Assembly (NCBI RefSeq): GCF_036321535.1
Contig: NC_087447.1
Location: 44,084,001-44,148,000 of the forward strand
DNA from: Camelus dromedarius
Taxonomy: Eukaryota
DNA length: 64,000 nt
Reading direction: 5' to 3'
Part shown: positions 29,326-41,662 of the stretch, one piece after another
Position numbering within the stretch: the stretch's first letter is position 1
Layout: the number at the start of each line of letters is the position of its first letter
Notes under the pieces: model-generated
Told to the model about the DNA's origin: nothing
The model's input: the letters and a program-made list of their open reading frames with translations, nothing else
Databases searched by the model: none
Made by a program: the position numbers and the translations under genes

Positions 29326-29798
29326 CTAGGAGGGTATAGACAGTTGTCCTTCAGACAATCTCCCTCCTCCTTCAACCCAAAGTTCACTTTCTCCTGGGCT
29401 AAGAATCAAGAAAGTTAGTGAGACATATTTTTTTAGCCTCCATTGTATAGATAATTGAAGTATGAAAATATGAAATATTTGCCAATATTACAGAACTTGT
29501 AACTGATAGTAAAAGGACTAAATCCCAAATCCTTTGATTCCAGATTCACTTGATGTGTGAAACATCATCTGATGCCAGTAGAAACCCTCAGTTGTGACAA
29601 CCAACAATAATCTTGGTGGCCACATCGCCAACAGAGATCTACTTGTTCTAAGAGGTGAGCACTGTTAAGAAAAATTATCCAAAACAAAATTAGGCAAAAG
29701 GTATTACTGGTGTTACTAAGTGTCCTTTTAATTGTAGTTTGAGGCATATTGTCTAGCAGACTGGGGGTTGTCTGATTTCCTATGGGTGTGTCTCTTTA

Positions 29799-30154
29799 TG
29801 TTCAATTAGCTAAACAAGGAGGCCATTAGACTGAGGTGGTTCTAAAACTTTAGTATTACCTTGCTACTAAGCAAACCAAAAGGTTATAAATGCCTCAAGG
29901 TTAAGAAATCGAAACCTAAGGACAACCAATTACAGCCAGCTAGGCTTTTCCAAATAAGGAAAATACTTCAGCTTTGGCCAATCAAGTAATTTCCTTGCTT
30001 TGCTTTTTGCATCTTCTCTATTAAAGTCTTTCCCCTAGCTCCTGTCGGGTGGAGTGCGCCTAACCATTTCTGGTTTGGCATTCCCCTATTTAAATAGTTT
30101 TTTGTTTAAATAAACTCTTAAAATTTTTGATGTGCCTCATTTTATATTTTAACA
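29799..30154 (+). mobile_element. ERV1-type solo LTR
   Basis: TG...CA ends (tgttcaattag...ttttaaca), 'aggaggccattagactgaggtggttcta', CCAAT motifs and AATAAA near the 3' end. Confidence 0.7.
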
Positions 30155-30679
30155 GTTCTCTGACTCTTAGTTCTATTGATCAGAACATTCACAACTTTGT
30201 AAGGGTAAAGGTTATCTTGTAGAAACCTAATAGCAGTGCAAATAATTCTTACCAGTGTAAATTTTCTCTATATGGTTGAAAAGATAATCCCAAAGGTTAT
30301 CATTTATTGCCTAGTAGGACATTAATCAGTTTTGTATCTACCTTACTATGTTATTCTAACTTCTAAAAATGCCTTTCATGATGGATATATAAACTCTTGT
30401 TCCTCAAATGCTTTGTAAATCAGCATCTCACTAGCTCCCTTACTAATGAATTGATAATATTCTTTCACAAGAATTCACTCTGCATCTCTATAAGAGTCAT
30501 GATTTAAAATCTTTGAAAATTATTTTACTGCTTCTCTGGATCTACAATGGACCAATTAGTCTTTGGAAAACATTTTAAACCAAAGCAGGGGAAAGAAGAG
30601 ATCTTTTCTCCTTGGTTGCCAAGCTGAAAGCATGTGAGCTCCAAGCTGCCTGTAACATGTTTCTACCACATTTACCCAA

Positions 30680-31760
30680 TACCATAGCCTCAAAATATCT
30701 AAAGGAAAATTTTAAAGAACTATACAAATAGGAAATCTGTCCATCCTATTAAAAGATTTAAAGAAAATATTCTTAATAATTTATAGACTGAGAAAATTAG
30801 TACAGGAAAATTTGAACTGCATCATTAAAAACCTTGACTTAACGGCTACATATACACATACACATTTTCACTCATGGGAAAATGCATATTATTTTCAAGT
30901 ACACATAGAAAGTTGATTATATATGAGGCCAGAAATTCTATTTTAACTAATTTCAAAAATGATTTTCATACAGAACACATTATCTGAACTCTGTTACGTT
31001 AAAAACCAATAGCAAGATGATAACTTTTAAAATGCCTGTTTGGAAATTTATAAGCATGCTTCTTTGTGACATATGGGTCACATAAAAAGAATTGTGTAAA
31101 TCAGAAAATATTTGAACCTGAATGTTAGTGAAAATACTCCATATTCTGGATGAATTGGAGGGTATTATGCTTAGTGAAAAAAGTCAAACAAACACTGTAT
31201 GATACCACATATATGTGGAATCTAAAAAGTAAAACAAACTAGTGAATGTAACGAAAAAGAAAGAGACTCAGATCAACAGAGAAAGAACAAACTAATGATT
31301 ACCAGTGAGAAGGAGCAAAATAGGGGTAGGAGATTAAGATGTACAAGCTACTATATATAAAATAAGTAAGCTACAGGGATATATTGTACAGCACAGGGAA
31401 TATAGCCAACATTTTATAATAACTATAAACGGAATATGTTTAAAAATTCTGAATCACTACGTTGTATACTTGAAACTTATATAATATTGTAAATCAATTA
31501 TACCTCAAAAAAAAAAGACTCCATGTTCAAAGCATGAGAATTCAGCTAAAATGTAAATAAGAAGGGAATTAAAACCTTAATGCTTAAAATAAAAGGCTGG
31601 AAATCAATAAGGTAAGACTCTAACTTAAGAAGTAAGCATACTGACAAAACAAATTCAACGATAACAGAAAATATGAAACAAGAATTTACAAAATAAGCTT
31701 ATAAAAAAGAAAACAGACAAAATATAAAGAATCAACAAAGCTGATGTTTGATTCTTTGAC
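30680..31760 (+). mobile_element. Old L1 ORF2 (endonuclease region) fragments with a nested younger L1 3' end (~31145-31517)
   Basis: 'ttttcaagtacacatagaa', 'tttggaaattta', and nested 'ggagggtattatgcttagtgaaa...cacagggaatatagccaa...tcaattatacctcaaaaaaaaa'. Confidence 0.75.
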
Positions 31761-31814
31761 TATCCTCTTTGACTCCTTAACTACACCATTTAAAATTACA
31801 AACCATCCCTAACA

Positions 31815-31976
31815 CAGAGCTGTGTTTAGGATAAGGGGAATGGTTTGCCTGATGCATGAAATTTAAGGAGATGCCAAAAAACAAAGAATCTCAGTAGGGG
31901 AGGAGGGTATAGCTTAAATGGTAGAGTGCATACTTGGCATGCACAGGGTCCTGGGTTCAATCCCCAATTACTCCTC

Positions 31977-32011
<35 letters not shown>

Positions 32012-32240
32012 ACAAACCTAATTACCTCCCCCACCAAAAACAACAACAACAAAACAAACAAAAAAGAACCTCAGTAATCAAGATAAACAACATTTTAGGG
32101 GAATATTTGTAAAAGTCAAAATCAATCCAAAAATATTCATGGTAACCAAATATTAAACATTTAAAGAAAGACAGTGTCTGACCCTGTACTTGAAACCCTG
32201 AGAATAAATGCCTCACTTGCCACACCCTAATCCCGGCCCA
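31815..32240 (+). mobile_element. MER96B-like hAT DNA element, split by a SINE
   Basis: 'aaatttaaggag...ctcagtaatcaagataaa' and terminal 'gcctcacttgccacaccctaatcccggccc'. Confidence 0.65.
31897..32062 (+). mobile_element. tRNA-derived SINE (camelid Vic-1-like) with (TAAA)n and A-rich tail
   Basis: 'ggggaggagggtatagcttaaatggtagagtgcatacttggcatgcacagggtcctgggttcaatcccc' has A/B boxes. 14-bp target-site duplication aaagaa(t/c)ctcagta at 31883-31896 and 32063-32076. Confidence 0.9.
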
Positions 32241-33163
32241 TAGGTTCCCTGACAGCAGTGATACCAGGCATGTTTTCAACATTTAAATGGCGGTGCTTCT
32301 AGTGTACTGTTGTCAGCACAAGGGAAACAGTCCTTGTCGTGCTACAGAAGTAGTTGACAATATAAAGGGGATTCCTTGGTCTTTCTCCACCAAGTAGCTA
32401 ATGTCGTAAATTATAACATTCCTCCTAGTACTTGTCCTCTCTTGCACTTGTTATAAATCATAATAGTCATGGTATATTTTAATTAATTGTTAGAATTAAT
32501 TTTCAAATACATTTGGTCTTTGCATATATATTCATAAGCAATATTCAGCTTTCTCTTTAGTGCTGCCTTTGTAAGTTCTATCATCAAAGTTCTCACTGTA
32601 TAAAATGAAATGAGAAAGTTATCTTCCTCTGTTATCTTCAGTGCTCTGAAATTGGGTTTAAAAAACAAAAGAATTTTCTTTTATCTGAAAATTTGGTAAA
32701 AAAAAAAATCACCTTGATGAGAAGCATTTATCAACACCTTGGCTGGAGTTTTACTTGGGCAGCTTGGAAATCCTGTTGTCTTTGAAAGATAAGATGCTCA
32801 CTGCAGCCCAAAGCTGCTGTGGGAAAGGAACACCCCTTCTCTGACATGTACTTCCTTTTCTGTGTTTGTTACAACAGCCCGAGGCTAGCTTTCTCTAACC
32901 AGCATGATTGTCATCACAGGGAGTCAACCTCAATACTGACCCCTCTCTAGGTATCATCTCTGCCAGATGTCAGCGTATCACTGTTCTGTGCAGCTATCAG
33001 CTCCAGTTACATTACCTGCAAGTTGTCCCATGATTGCCATCTGCCCCTTTCTAACTGCCTTGGTTCACTCTTGTCTCCAGCCCTGCTACAGTGACCCAGG
33101 AGCTGTTATCCCAGCTAAGAGGCTTTCTTATCCCCTACAGACAGGGAGAAAAAACTGGTAAGA

Positions 33164-33678
33164 GTTGGTGGTGGACTAAGGAATGCCACAAATTCTTTGA
33201 CGCTATTGCCATCAACAAGTGATGGCCCTTGAATCTGGGGTGGCCTCGATAGTTCTGACCAAGGAAGTGAAAGAAAAGTGACCTTATGCCAGTTCTGGGC
33301 CTAGCTTTTAAGAGAATTGGCAACTTCCACTTGACTTTTTCAAGCCCTGAATCTCTAACAAAGTAGTCCTTCCTCCCTGCTGGAGAGGCCCTAAGCCTAG
33401 AGGGAAGAGGGGCCCAGCCCAACTCAGCCTGCCAGTCACCCATCCTGTCCAAGGCACCAGGCATGTGACTAAAGTCATCCTCAGGCTTCTACAGCGACCC
33501 GGCTGTCAGCTGAACACCACCAAGGGACACAGGGGGATGTCCTGTGGAGCGTAAGAAATGCTTAGCTGAGCCCCTTCTGGTTCTAATCCATCACATCATG
33601 AAATATAACAAAGTGACTCATGTTTTAAGCCCCTGTGTTTTGGAATAGTTTGTTACATAGCGATAAATAACCAAAACA
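33164..33678 (+). mobile_element. MLT1-type MaLR solo LTR
   Basis: 'ccacaaattctttgac...cccttgaatctggg...tgccagttctgggcctag' and 3' end 'tgttttaagcc...gtttgttacatagcgataaataaccaaaaca'. Confidence 0.8.
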
Positions 33679-33831
33679 TTCCTTCCCAGAAAATGTCATT
33701 GTGCCGTGTTTCTGCCAAATGGAAGAATCCGTTTTTAAGTTCCAACCCCAATAACCTTTATATCTCCTTGTATCTTCACAATCAGCTACGGAAAAGATTG
33801 ATTGCAGAAGTGGACTCCTGTTTCTACTGAG

Positions 33832-34022
33832 ATTAGTGAGTCTTAAATATTAATGTATCAAAGAATTGCCTGGAAAATTATCAAAAATGCCTGTTTCTAG
33901 GGCCCTCACCCAGATACCTTGATTCAGTAAGTCTGGTGTGGGGGCTTAGGAATCTCCATTTTAAAAAAACACCCAAATGATTTTGACCCGAGTGGCCCCA
34001 GGCACTCAACGGGGAAGCATTC
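33832..34022. mobile_element. MER5A-like DNA transposon
   Basis: 'gggccctcacccagataccttgattcagtaagtctggtgtgggggcttaggaatctccattttaa'. Confidence 0.75.
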
Positions 34023-34218
34023 AGTAAAATGTGCCGCAGATGGCGAGGCTGTGAAGAAAGCCCTGGCGGTGGAAATGGAGAGAAAGGCAAGCCAGGTGCT
34101 TGAACGTAATCTTCCCCAGCCCCCCTCCTCTAGTCTCACTTCTAGGCTTCTCTGAATTCTTCAATTCCAAGTTCAGTGAAAAACATGTTACACTTGCACA
34201 GAGCTTTAAGTCTTCCAT

Positions 34219-34352
34219 TTTATTTTTGCCTCTTAACCCCCGTGTGAACTAGAGCATTTTACAGAGAAGTGACTAACCTATACCTGGCAGACGTCAAATG
34301 CGGGACATCTGGACATGAAGCCCCCCGGCCTTGTCTTGCCGGGGTCTTTATT
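34219..34352 (-). promoter_or_regulatory. Two candidate NLRP14 polyadenylation signals (AATAAA at 34352-34347 and 34224-34219)
   Basis: tttatt hexamers on the plus strand about 33 and 160 nt downstream of the NLRP14 stop. Confidence 0.5.
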
Positions 34353-34384
34353 TGGCTCTGTTCAAGACTACCAGGTTTTTTGAG

Positions 34385-34520
34385 TCAGAGACACCGCCAC
34401 CAGGAGCCATCCTCTTCGTCAAGGTCATCACAGTCCTGCTGAATGGCAAGGTGTGGGTTGCTGCTGCACACCGCTTCTAGCAGCTCCTGGGCTTCCTCGT
34501 CAAATGCCTCTTTGCACAGC
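34385..34520 (-). CDS. NLRP14: NLRP14 last coding exon (exon 12)
   Basis: ttttctcAG|G CTG TGC...; LCKEAFDEEAQELLEAVCSSNPHLAIQQDCDDLDEEDGSWWRCL* (TGA at 34387-34385). Confidence 0.93.
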
Positions 34521-34819
34521 CTGAGAAAACAAGGGAACATCTCTACTTGCCACGAAAGCACCTCCCGGTTTCCCCACAGCCCTTTACTTTCTCTGGGGAT
34601 TTATTTGAGCGGGGGAGACCTGAAAGAGAATATGAACATGGCTGGGCAGCGGGCAAGGAAACTGACCGATCCACTGAGGGAGATACAGCAGCTGAAGGAC
34701 AACAGAGTATAGAGAGAAAGAGAAAATAGGTTAAGATTTTAAAGGATCTGCCGAGAGCCTTTTCCTATTCAAGCAAGATAGTTCTACTAATCATGACTAT
34801 GAAAACAGCCAACACAAAC

Positions 34820-35050
34820 GCATTATATGCTAGGCACTGCTCTAAATACTGCCTGTGTTGACTCAGGTGGTCCAGCCTCACAGAAACCCTGTGGGCAGAT
34901 GTTAGCATTTCATCCAGTTTACAGATAAGGAAACAGAAACACAGAGACTGGGGACTAGCGCCAGTTCAAGTATCTAGTAAGTGGCAGGGCCGGAATTTAA
35001 ACTCAGGTAGTCTGGCTCCAGAGTTCTTGGTTCCTAACTCCTATGCTACA
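34820..35050 (-). mobile_element. MIR SINE in NLRP14 intron 11
   Basis: 'cagtttacagataaggaaacagaaacacagag...gtaagtggcagggccggaatttaaactcaggtagtctggctccaga'. Confidence 0.85.
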
Positions 35051-35216
35051 TCATATCTCTTGGAATTCAGTGTTCGATGGGAGAAAAACAAATAAGGGCC
35101 TGGACAACACCAGAGGACCCACAGTCAGGCTGAGGCTGAGGCTAGCCCTGAACGAGTGGCTCCCCAAACCCCTCATTCCAGGAACCTTTCCCCCTGAGAA
35201 GCCAGTGACGACTTAC

Positions 35217-35387
35217 CCTAGAACCTGCAGTTTACATTCAGGAGACCTCAAGACTTCACATAACTTCTTAATTCCTTCGTGCCCTAAGGTATTCAAGGTC
35301 AGGTTTATTTTTATCAGTCTTTGGTTGCTGCTCAGGGTAGAGGAGAGATCCTGACAACAGAGGGCGGTCAAACCACAGTATTCCAAC
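35217..35387 (-). CDS. NLRP14: NLRP14 exon 11 (LRR, 171 nt)
   Basis: cctgcAG|...|GTAAGT; LEYCGLTALCCQDLSSTLSSNQRLIKINLTLNTLGHEGIKKLCEVLRSPECKLQVLG. Confidence 0.93.
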
Positions 35388-36249
35388 CTGCAGGGAGGAG
35401 AGACTAAAGATGAAATGAACTATCTCCCATGACAGCACACACACACGAGATCTGAGAGCGGGGCATGTAGGAGGACCCCAGAAGCTTAAAAAATGAACAC
35501 AACGTGGGTAAAGTCAAGGAATATAAGTATAATGTTCATTACTTCTAGCTATTTATGGGTTGAAGATATCCACTCCTATATCATATCATGAATTACAAAG
35601 TCATAATTATGGTCCAGGGAGTAAATAAAATGTGGAAACACACAAAGGAAAACTATGAAGCAACTGAATCCTTGAACAGGATTAAAAGTATAGCAACATA
35701 AGAAGATTTTAGAAATACGGTGTTGAGTGTAAAAGGGCAAGGTATATAATGAGGTCTCTAGCACCATGCCATTTATGCAAATAAAAATGCATACACCTAG
35801 AAACAATATTACATCTTTTATAAGGACACACAATTCTATGGTGTATTTCAAACACATTAGGTAAGTTGCCTACAGGTGAGAAGGAGATATGGTTAATGGA
35901 GATACATTAACTAACCAACCAACCAACAGGCAACAGAGGGCCCTTGCATAAACCAAAGATAATATAATATCACGAACTGATGAATCATATTCAACTCAAC
36001 CTTCTGGACCTGATGATTCGCCCCCAACCCATTAATTTTAATTTTCATCTTCTGTTTATCTAGCCATTCAACATTTAAGTGTCTATATAGGTGCTGAGTA
36101 TGTAAAAATATTTTCCAGTTGCTACCCACATGGAACACACATAAATTGGTGGGGGCAATAGTCCAATTTTGACACAAGTTACATAAATGTCATACAAAGT
36201 AAACGTTAGGGTTAAAAGCATTGTAAGAGAAAAGGTCATCAAGAATTCA

Positions 36250-38240
36250 TCAGGAAACAATCATTCTGAATTTGCAGTCACTAATAAAAGTCTCAAGATA
36301 TAGAAAATAAAAACTAACAGGACTACAAAATGAAATACACACATCTGTAATTATAACAGAAATTTTAACCTATTTTTCACAGTAATTGAATTATCTGGAA
36401 AAAAAAATCACTAAAAATACCAGATGATTTGAACAACAGAATTAACAATCTTAACTGATATGAAAACTGCAGCCCAGAACTCTTCGTGTTCTTCTCAAGT
36501 GCACTATGGACACATACAAAACTGACTATACATGGGCCGTGAAACAAATGTTAACAAATTTTAAGGAGCTGAAATCATGCACAGAAGTGTTCTCAGACTA
36601 CAGTGCTAGAGATTAAATGTAAAAAGATAACAAGAAACTCCTCTTATGTTTTAAAAGTAAGGAGTACACTTTAGAATAATCCATGAGTTGAAGAAAAAAA
36701 TCTTCAGGAAGTTAAATATTTTAGACTCAAAAATAACAAAAACACTACATATAGTATAAAATCTTGTAGGGTGAAGTTAATGCAGTGATTTGAAGGAAAA
36801 TCATAAAGTCTGTAGGAAAAGAAGGAAATATGTATGAGCTAACTCATCCAACTCAAGAATTTAGAAAAAGAATGGTAAAATAAACTCAACAAAAGTAGAA
36901 GAAATAATAAGATAAAATATTAATGAAACATGACTGATATCTAAATCACTAGAGATGATTGAGACATTAAACAGATAATAATACAGTATTATTAGACACT
37001 TGCCAATAAGTTTTAAAATTGAAAATGGATAAAATTACAGGAATATTATCACTTACCAAAAATTACTCAATAAGAGAAAATCTATGTAAGTATATAATTA
37101 TTTAAAAATTGAGGCAGAAGTCAAAAAACTCTCCACAAAAATGAACTCCAGATCACATGACTTCACCAGAAATTTCTACAAAGTACAAGGAAGAAATAAT
37201 TCCAGTCTTACACAATCATATGCTAAAACCACACATGACTGGCTAAACTTTTAAAAATTAAGTCTGATAAAATTGACAAGAACAGAGAGCAACAGGAACT
37301 CTTGTACATTGCCAGTGGTAGAATAAATTAGTCTAATCCCTGGGGAATATTCCCCAAGATATTAAATTCCACTCTTAATTATTTACCCTAGATAAATGTG
37401 TACATGGGTGTCTCACAGTTAATGTATTAAAATGCCCATAGCAGCACTAATCATTAAAGAAAAGAAATGAAAACAACCCAAAAGTCCACCAATAGAATGG
37501 TTTATATAGCCTAGGAAAACTACTAAACAGAAACCTCAATTAAATAGAACTGGGAGACCAGCAGGGGGAGCTCTCACACCCTGCAAAGATAGAACCCCAC
37601 TGGAAGAAAAAGGACTTCTATTTCTGGCAAGGACTCAGCCGATGAAAAGCCCTGGACTCTTAGTTTACTGTAGCCCTCCCAACTTCCTTTCCCCTGTATA
37701 AAAGCATTCTCCTTCCCTTGCCATGTGGAGACTGCACATAGCTCATCATGGTTACAGATGCTGAATTATAATTCTCTGTTGATCCTGAATAAACCCATTA
37801 TTGCCAGAGAAATATCTGGCAATCTATTGGTTTCAGGTTAGCAATAGTCTGTGGTATGGTCATTCATTCATCTTTTATAGCAATAAAAAATGAATAAAAA
37901 CAGCCACTGGAAACAACCAGATAACTCTTACAATCATAAAATAAAATCATAACACAAAAGAATATATAAAGTATGATTCCCTGAATATAAAATTCAAAAT
38001 CAAGCAAAATTCAAGTCCATTGTTTATGATTATGTACATCATGGCTCACTGTACAAGAAAACACATAAGTGACTGCTATCAAAGTCAGGATGTTTACTTC
38101 TTGAAGAAGACAGAAGTTGTTGTGATTTGGGAGGGACTGAGGGAAATTCACTGGGAAAATTTCCTGGCCTGAGTGTGATTACATACATGCTTGATTTTTT
38201 AAAATACTAGTTTAATTTATTTTTCTGTATTTTATTTAAA
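36250..38240 (+). mobile_element. Degraded L1 (ORF2 and 3' UTR pieces) in NLRP14 intron 10
   Basis: A-rich L1-like text ('gttctcagactacagtg', 'aaatggataaa', 'caggaactcttgtacattgccagtgg'). Confidence 0.65.
37521..37843 (+). mobile_element. ERV1-type solo LTR nested in L1
   Basis: TATAAAA 37697-37703, AATAAA 37788-37793, 3' end 'tttcaggttagca'; L1 text resumes on both sides. Confidence 0.7.
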
Positions 38241-38869
38241 AATGTTTAAAATATGATTTGGCAGAGCTTAAACATAACAGAACAGAAAAATTACAATGAC
38301 AGAATGAAGTTCTCATTAAAAGGAGCAAAAAAGTCACAACTGCTAACAAAACACTTAGGAATATGTAGGATGAGTTAGAAAAGTCTTTAAAAGATTAAAG
38401 AAAATTATCGATAAGGAATACAAACAAAAGAGATCCAACATAAGCATAATTGGCGACCTTGCAAAAAAATTGACAAATATACAGAAATTAAAGATAGGAA
38501 ACCTTACCCCTAAAAAGCACAATCTACAGACTTAAATGGAACATCATGTCCCCAGAAAAATATTAATAAAGAAAATTCAACACAGGACAAATTATTGGGC
38601 TAAAGGAGAAATTCTAAGGACATCCAGGGGAAAAAAATTTCTTTTAAAAACCAATAAGGACATTGAAGGGGAAGAATCAGCTGGTTTCAGACTTTCCTAC
38701 AACCAGATTCAATGCTAGCAGGCAGCGGACTCGTAAAACTCTCAGAGGATGACCAAAATATTATGAACACAACCAGGCTGCTATTCAAGTTCATAGAAAA
38801 CTAAGACATTTTCATATATGCAAAAAAAACCCTGGAATAGCCCCTTGAAATTAAATCAAAAAGATTACT

Positions 38870-40389
38870 GACCCCACCTCCCTCAACAACTCCTGGTCTA
38901 CATAGCTTAGTGGGGCAGTTTGGTCACTAAACGTGGCTGTCCCTTGAAATGGCTTGACTCTTTTTGGCCACCTCCAGGGTAACGGTTAAGATGAAAGGGA
39001 TAGCAGGTTATATATATTTAAAAAACCCCAAAAACCTATTTTGAAGTTTCACGATTGTATCCTGACCATTCCTGGGCATGCTTCTTTTCTTTCCCTGACA
39101 GCAGCTCCAGGCCAGCCAGATTGGTAGGTGGTAGGCCACCCAAAAAGGCCTTTGGGATTCAAACCTAAATCTGTTTAGACAACTGGGTTCTCTTTTGGAT
39201 TGACAAGGCCCTAGATCATGAGGACTGTGATCATCTGGTTGAAGACAATGCTGGATAAATCTCCTTACGGACCAAGGAGTGGGAGATAATGGGTTTCTGT
39301 AGATACTGTAAAACTACTTATGTCTCTCTTCCATCTGATCCCTCTGGCCTGAAGGCCTGGGTGCAAGCAGGGGATGATTAGAGAAAAAGTGAAGTCACAG
39401 GCACCGGGATGGGATGCACTGACTTCATGGGGGGGAAGACTAGCAACACTAAGACCCAGGGAAGGGCCACCTTAGAAGCTGGAAGGTGTAGGAAGTGGGT
39501 AGAACAGTTAAGGCTCTTTTTCCCCCCAGATCCAACACTGCCACCTGGCAAAATGATTCTGTGATCTGCTTAGTCAAGCAGGAGCTGCAGCCGGTGGCCT
39601 GACCCACTGCCCCGTTGTCATGCTGTCCACGTGCTATGAAAACAGAAAAGCTCATGTGGACATGGCAGGCTCTGAACGATTCTGTTGTACCTGAGGCCAT
39701 AGATGGCAGACCCCAAATGTGGATCCCTCTCATCTGGGTACAAACATGACAACCGGTAGGACCTTGTTTCAGTCTGATACAAATTCCTAAGATTCTCTTG
39801 ACGCTGGAACAGCCTTGGGTTTATGCCTCATGTGGCAAACAAAGCAGCTGTAACTACTTGGTGACGATGCCCACCTGACATAACCAAATCAATGTAACAA
39901 TGACCCAGATCAAATATAACAGCGAACCCCACGCTGGTGCAGCCTGTGCTCCTTCAGGTCGTATGTCTGTCTGCACGTGGGGAAGTGTGGACCACTGCAT
40001 GTCTCTTTAATGGGGAAGGGGTTGCTTTTGGCCCATCTTTTGCCTCCTTAATTTACTGCCAGTGACACCAGGAGCAGCAGGTCCTTCTAAACTTCCTTTC
40101 AAGGAATTGTAATGGAAAACAAGCACTATTGTTCCTCCTGTTGTTACTCAGTTGGCTGAGTCCAGGACCCTGGGGGCATAGTTTAAATCAGTACTGCAAA
40201 TTTGGCCTCTTCCTGTGCTTGGAGTCTTGTTGATAGGGGCCTTAATTAAATATTGTATGAGAGACACTGAACAAAGGTGGTCCCAGCCTCTGCTGGTCAG
40301 ATTAATCAGAGTGGCCAATGGAGTGGCATATCCTTGGGAATAATCAGAAGCCAAGACTGTATTACTGTGTAGAAAAAAGGGTTGGATAT
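38870..40389 (+). mobile_element. Decayed proviral internal region (pol 3' end + env relic + polypurine tract), MER74-like
   Basis: Broken-frame motifs: PSGLKAWVQ...SEVTGTGMG (39340-), WQNDSVICL/SQAGAAAGGLTHC..CH (39546-), CAPSG..VCTWG (39945-), LLSWLSPGPWG/..VLGVLLIGALIKYCMR (40144-40343); 'agaaaaaagggttgga' just before the LTR. Confidence 0.6.
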
Positions 40390-40844
40390 TGTTGGGAGAC
40401 CTTCTTCCATGGATGGAACTCCTATATGTACTGCTGACAGAAATGCCAGGCCCTGACAACTCTTTACCTGGGCCATTTCCTAGGATGTTTGAGCAATGAG
40501 CAGCCTTGAGGTTTGAGGTAATGTCTCCCTCCAGGACAAAGATCAGGCTTGCTCACTGCTTGCTGTAAAATGGTGAGTCCACCAAACTCAATGCTCCTCT
40601 CCTGGAATGCAGCCCACTGCATGTGCAGGCATCCATCCTCATCCCCCACATCCACCCTGGGGGCCTTGGGGCGCAAGGGAAGAGCACACCAATGTGCCCA
40701 GAGCTAATGGGGGCTATGCTATGAGTAAGTAATAAAGTCCTCTGACTCTGATAGGATTCTGTGTCTCCTGCCAGCATCCACAAAACAGTAATAGGCTAAC
40801 TTATTAGATTATAAAATTAAAATTCAGACCCAACAGTTACAACA
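40390..40844 (+). mobile_element. MER74-like LTR (3' LTR of the provirus remnant)
   Basis: Starts tgttgggagac; contains 'gaggtaatgtctccctccaggacaaag', 'gtaataaagtcctctgactctga', 'tgccagcatcca...aggctaacttattag'; ends ...aca. Confidence 0.8.
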
Positions 40845-41491
40845 TCATCATTGTTGTGGGGCAAAAAAACCATATATAAACAGTCAATGCAACCAGAAAA
40901 AAGAGCACTTTCTTGGGAGAATCATGAAGACATATCACAGTGCCTGGGCTTCCCACATTCTGAGCAAAATTCTTGACCCAGATGTCAGTAATTCATGCCG
41001 TGTAAGTAAAAATGTACTAGCCAATATCAGTTCAAGATTTAAAAAGAAAATAAAAATCTAAACAATATATGATTGGACATAAAAAGTACTCAGCACACAG
41101 AGTGAGATTTTATTAGGTTGCAGCCTCCTTGAGAGCATCAATAGCATTTTTCCAGATGGAAGATGATTAGTAGAATCTTTGATTTAATAAGAAAATTAAT
41201 TCAAGGACAGATGGAAGGATAATAGAACACAGACCTAAATCAAAGACGACTTACTTAATACATACTCTGGCCAAGGCACCAAGGACACAAAGAAACAAAC
41301 GTGAAATGTGGCTTCTGTACTAACAACATGCACTGCATTGATCCATATATTTGAAATTCACATTCTCATTTCTGAGAGTAACTTACCTTCTAGCCCCATT
41401 TATTTTCTGTCCTCTCTCCATATACTAAATCTCTTCTAGCTACACAAGCCATCAAACAGGTAGCATTATCATAATAGAAAACTGAACTCAC

Positions 41492-41662
41492 CCAAGCCTC
41501 TGAATATTACAGTCTGGATGTCTCAAAGCCTCAAACAGAATTTTGACTCCATCATCCTTCAAGTCATTGTTCCCAAGGTCCAGGCTCCGCAGGTTTGGGT
41601 TGTTCAGAATAGCAGAGGCCAGATCCAGACAACATGCACTGGTGAGAACACAGCCCATCAGT
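41492..41662 (-). CDS. NLRP14: NLRP14 exon 10 (LRR, 171 nt)
   Basis: ttctcgcAG|...|GTGAGT; LMGCVLTSACCLDLASAILNNPNLRSLDLGNNDLKDDGVKILFEALRHPDCNIQRLG. Confidence 0.95.

Noticed and set aside
31897..31975. tRNA-like sequence
   Set aside because: It is a SINE head with tail and TSD; the acceptor stem is not intact, so it is not called a tRNA gene.
39530..40343. Co-opted (syncytin-like) intact env gene
   Set aside because: Only ~0.8 kb, with multiple frameshifts/stops and most of TM missing; a relic only.
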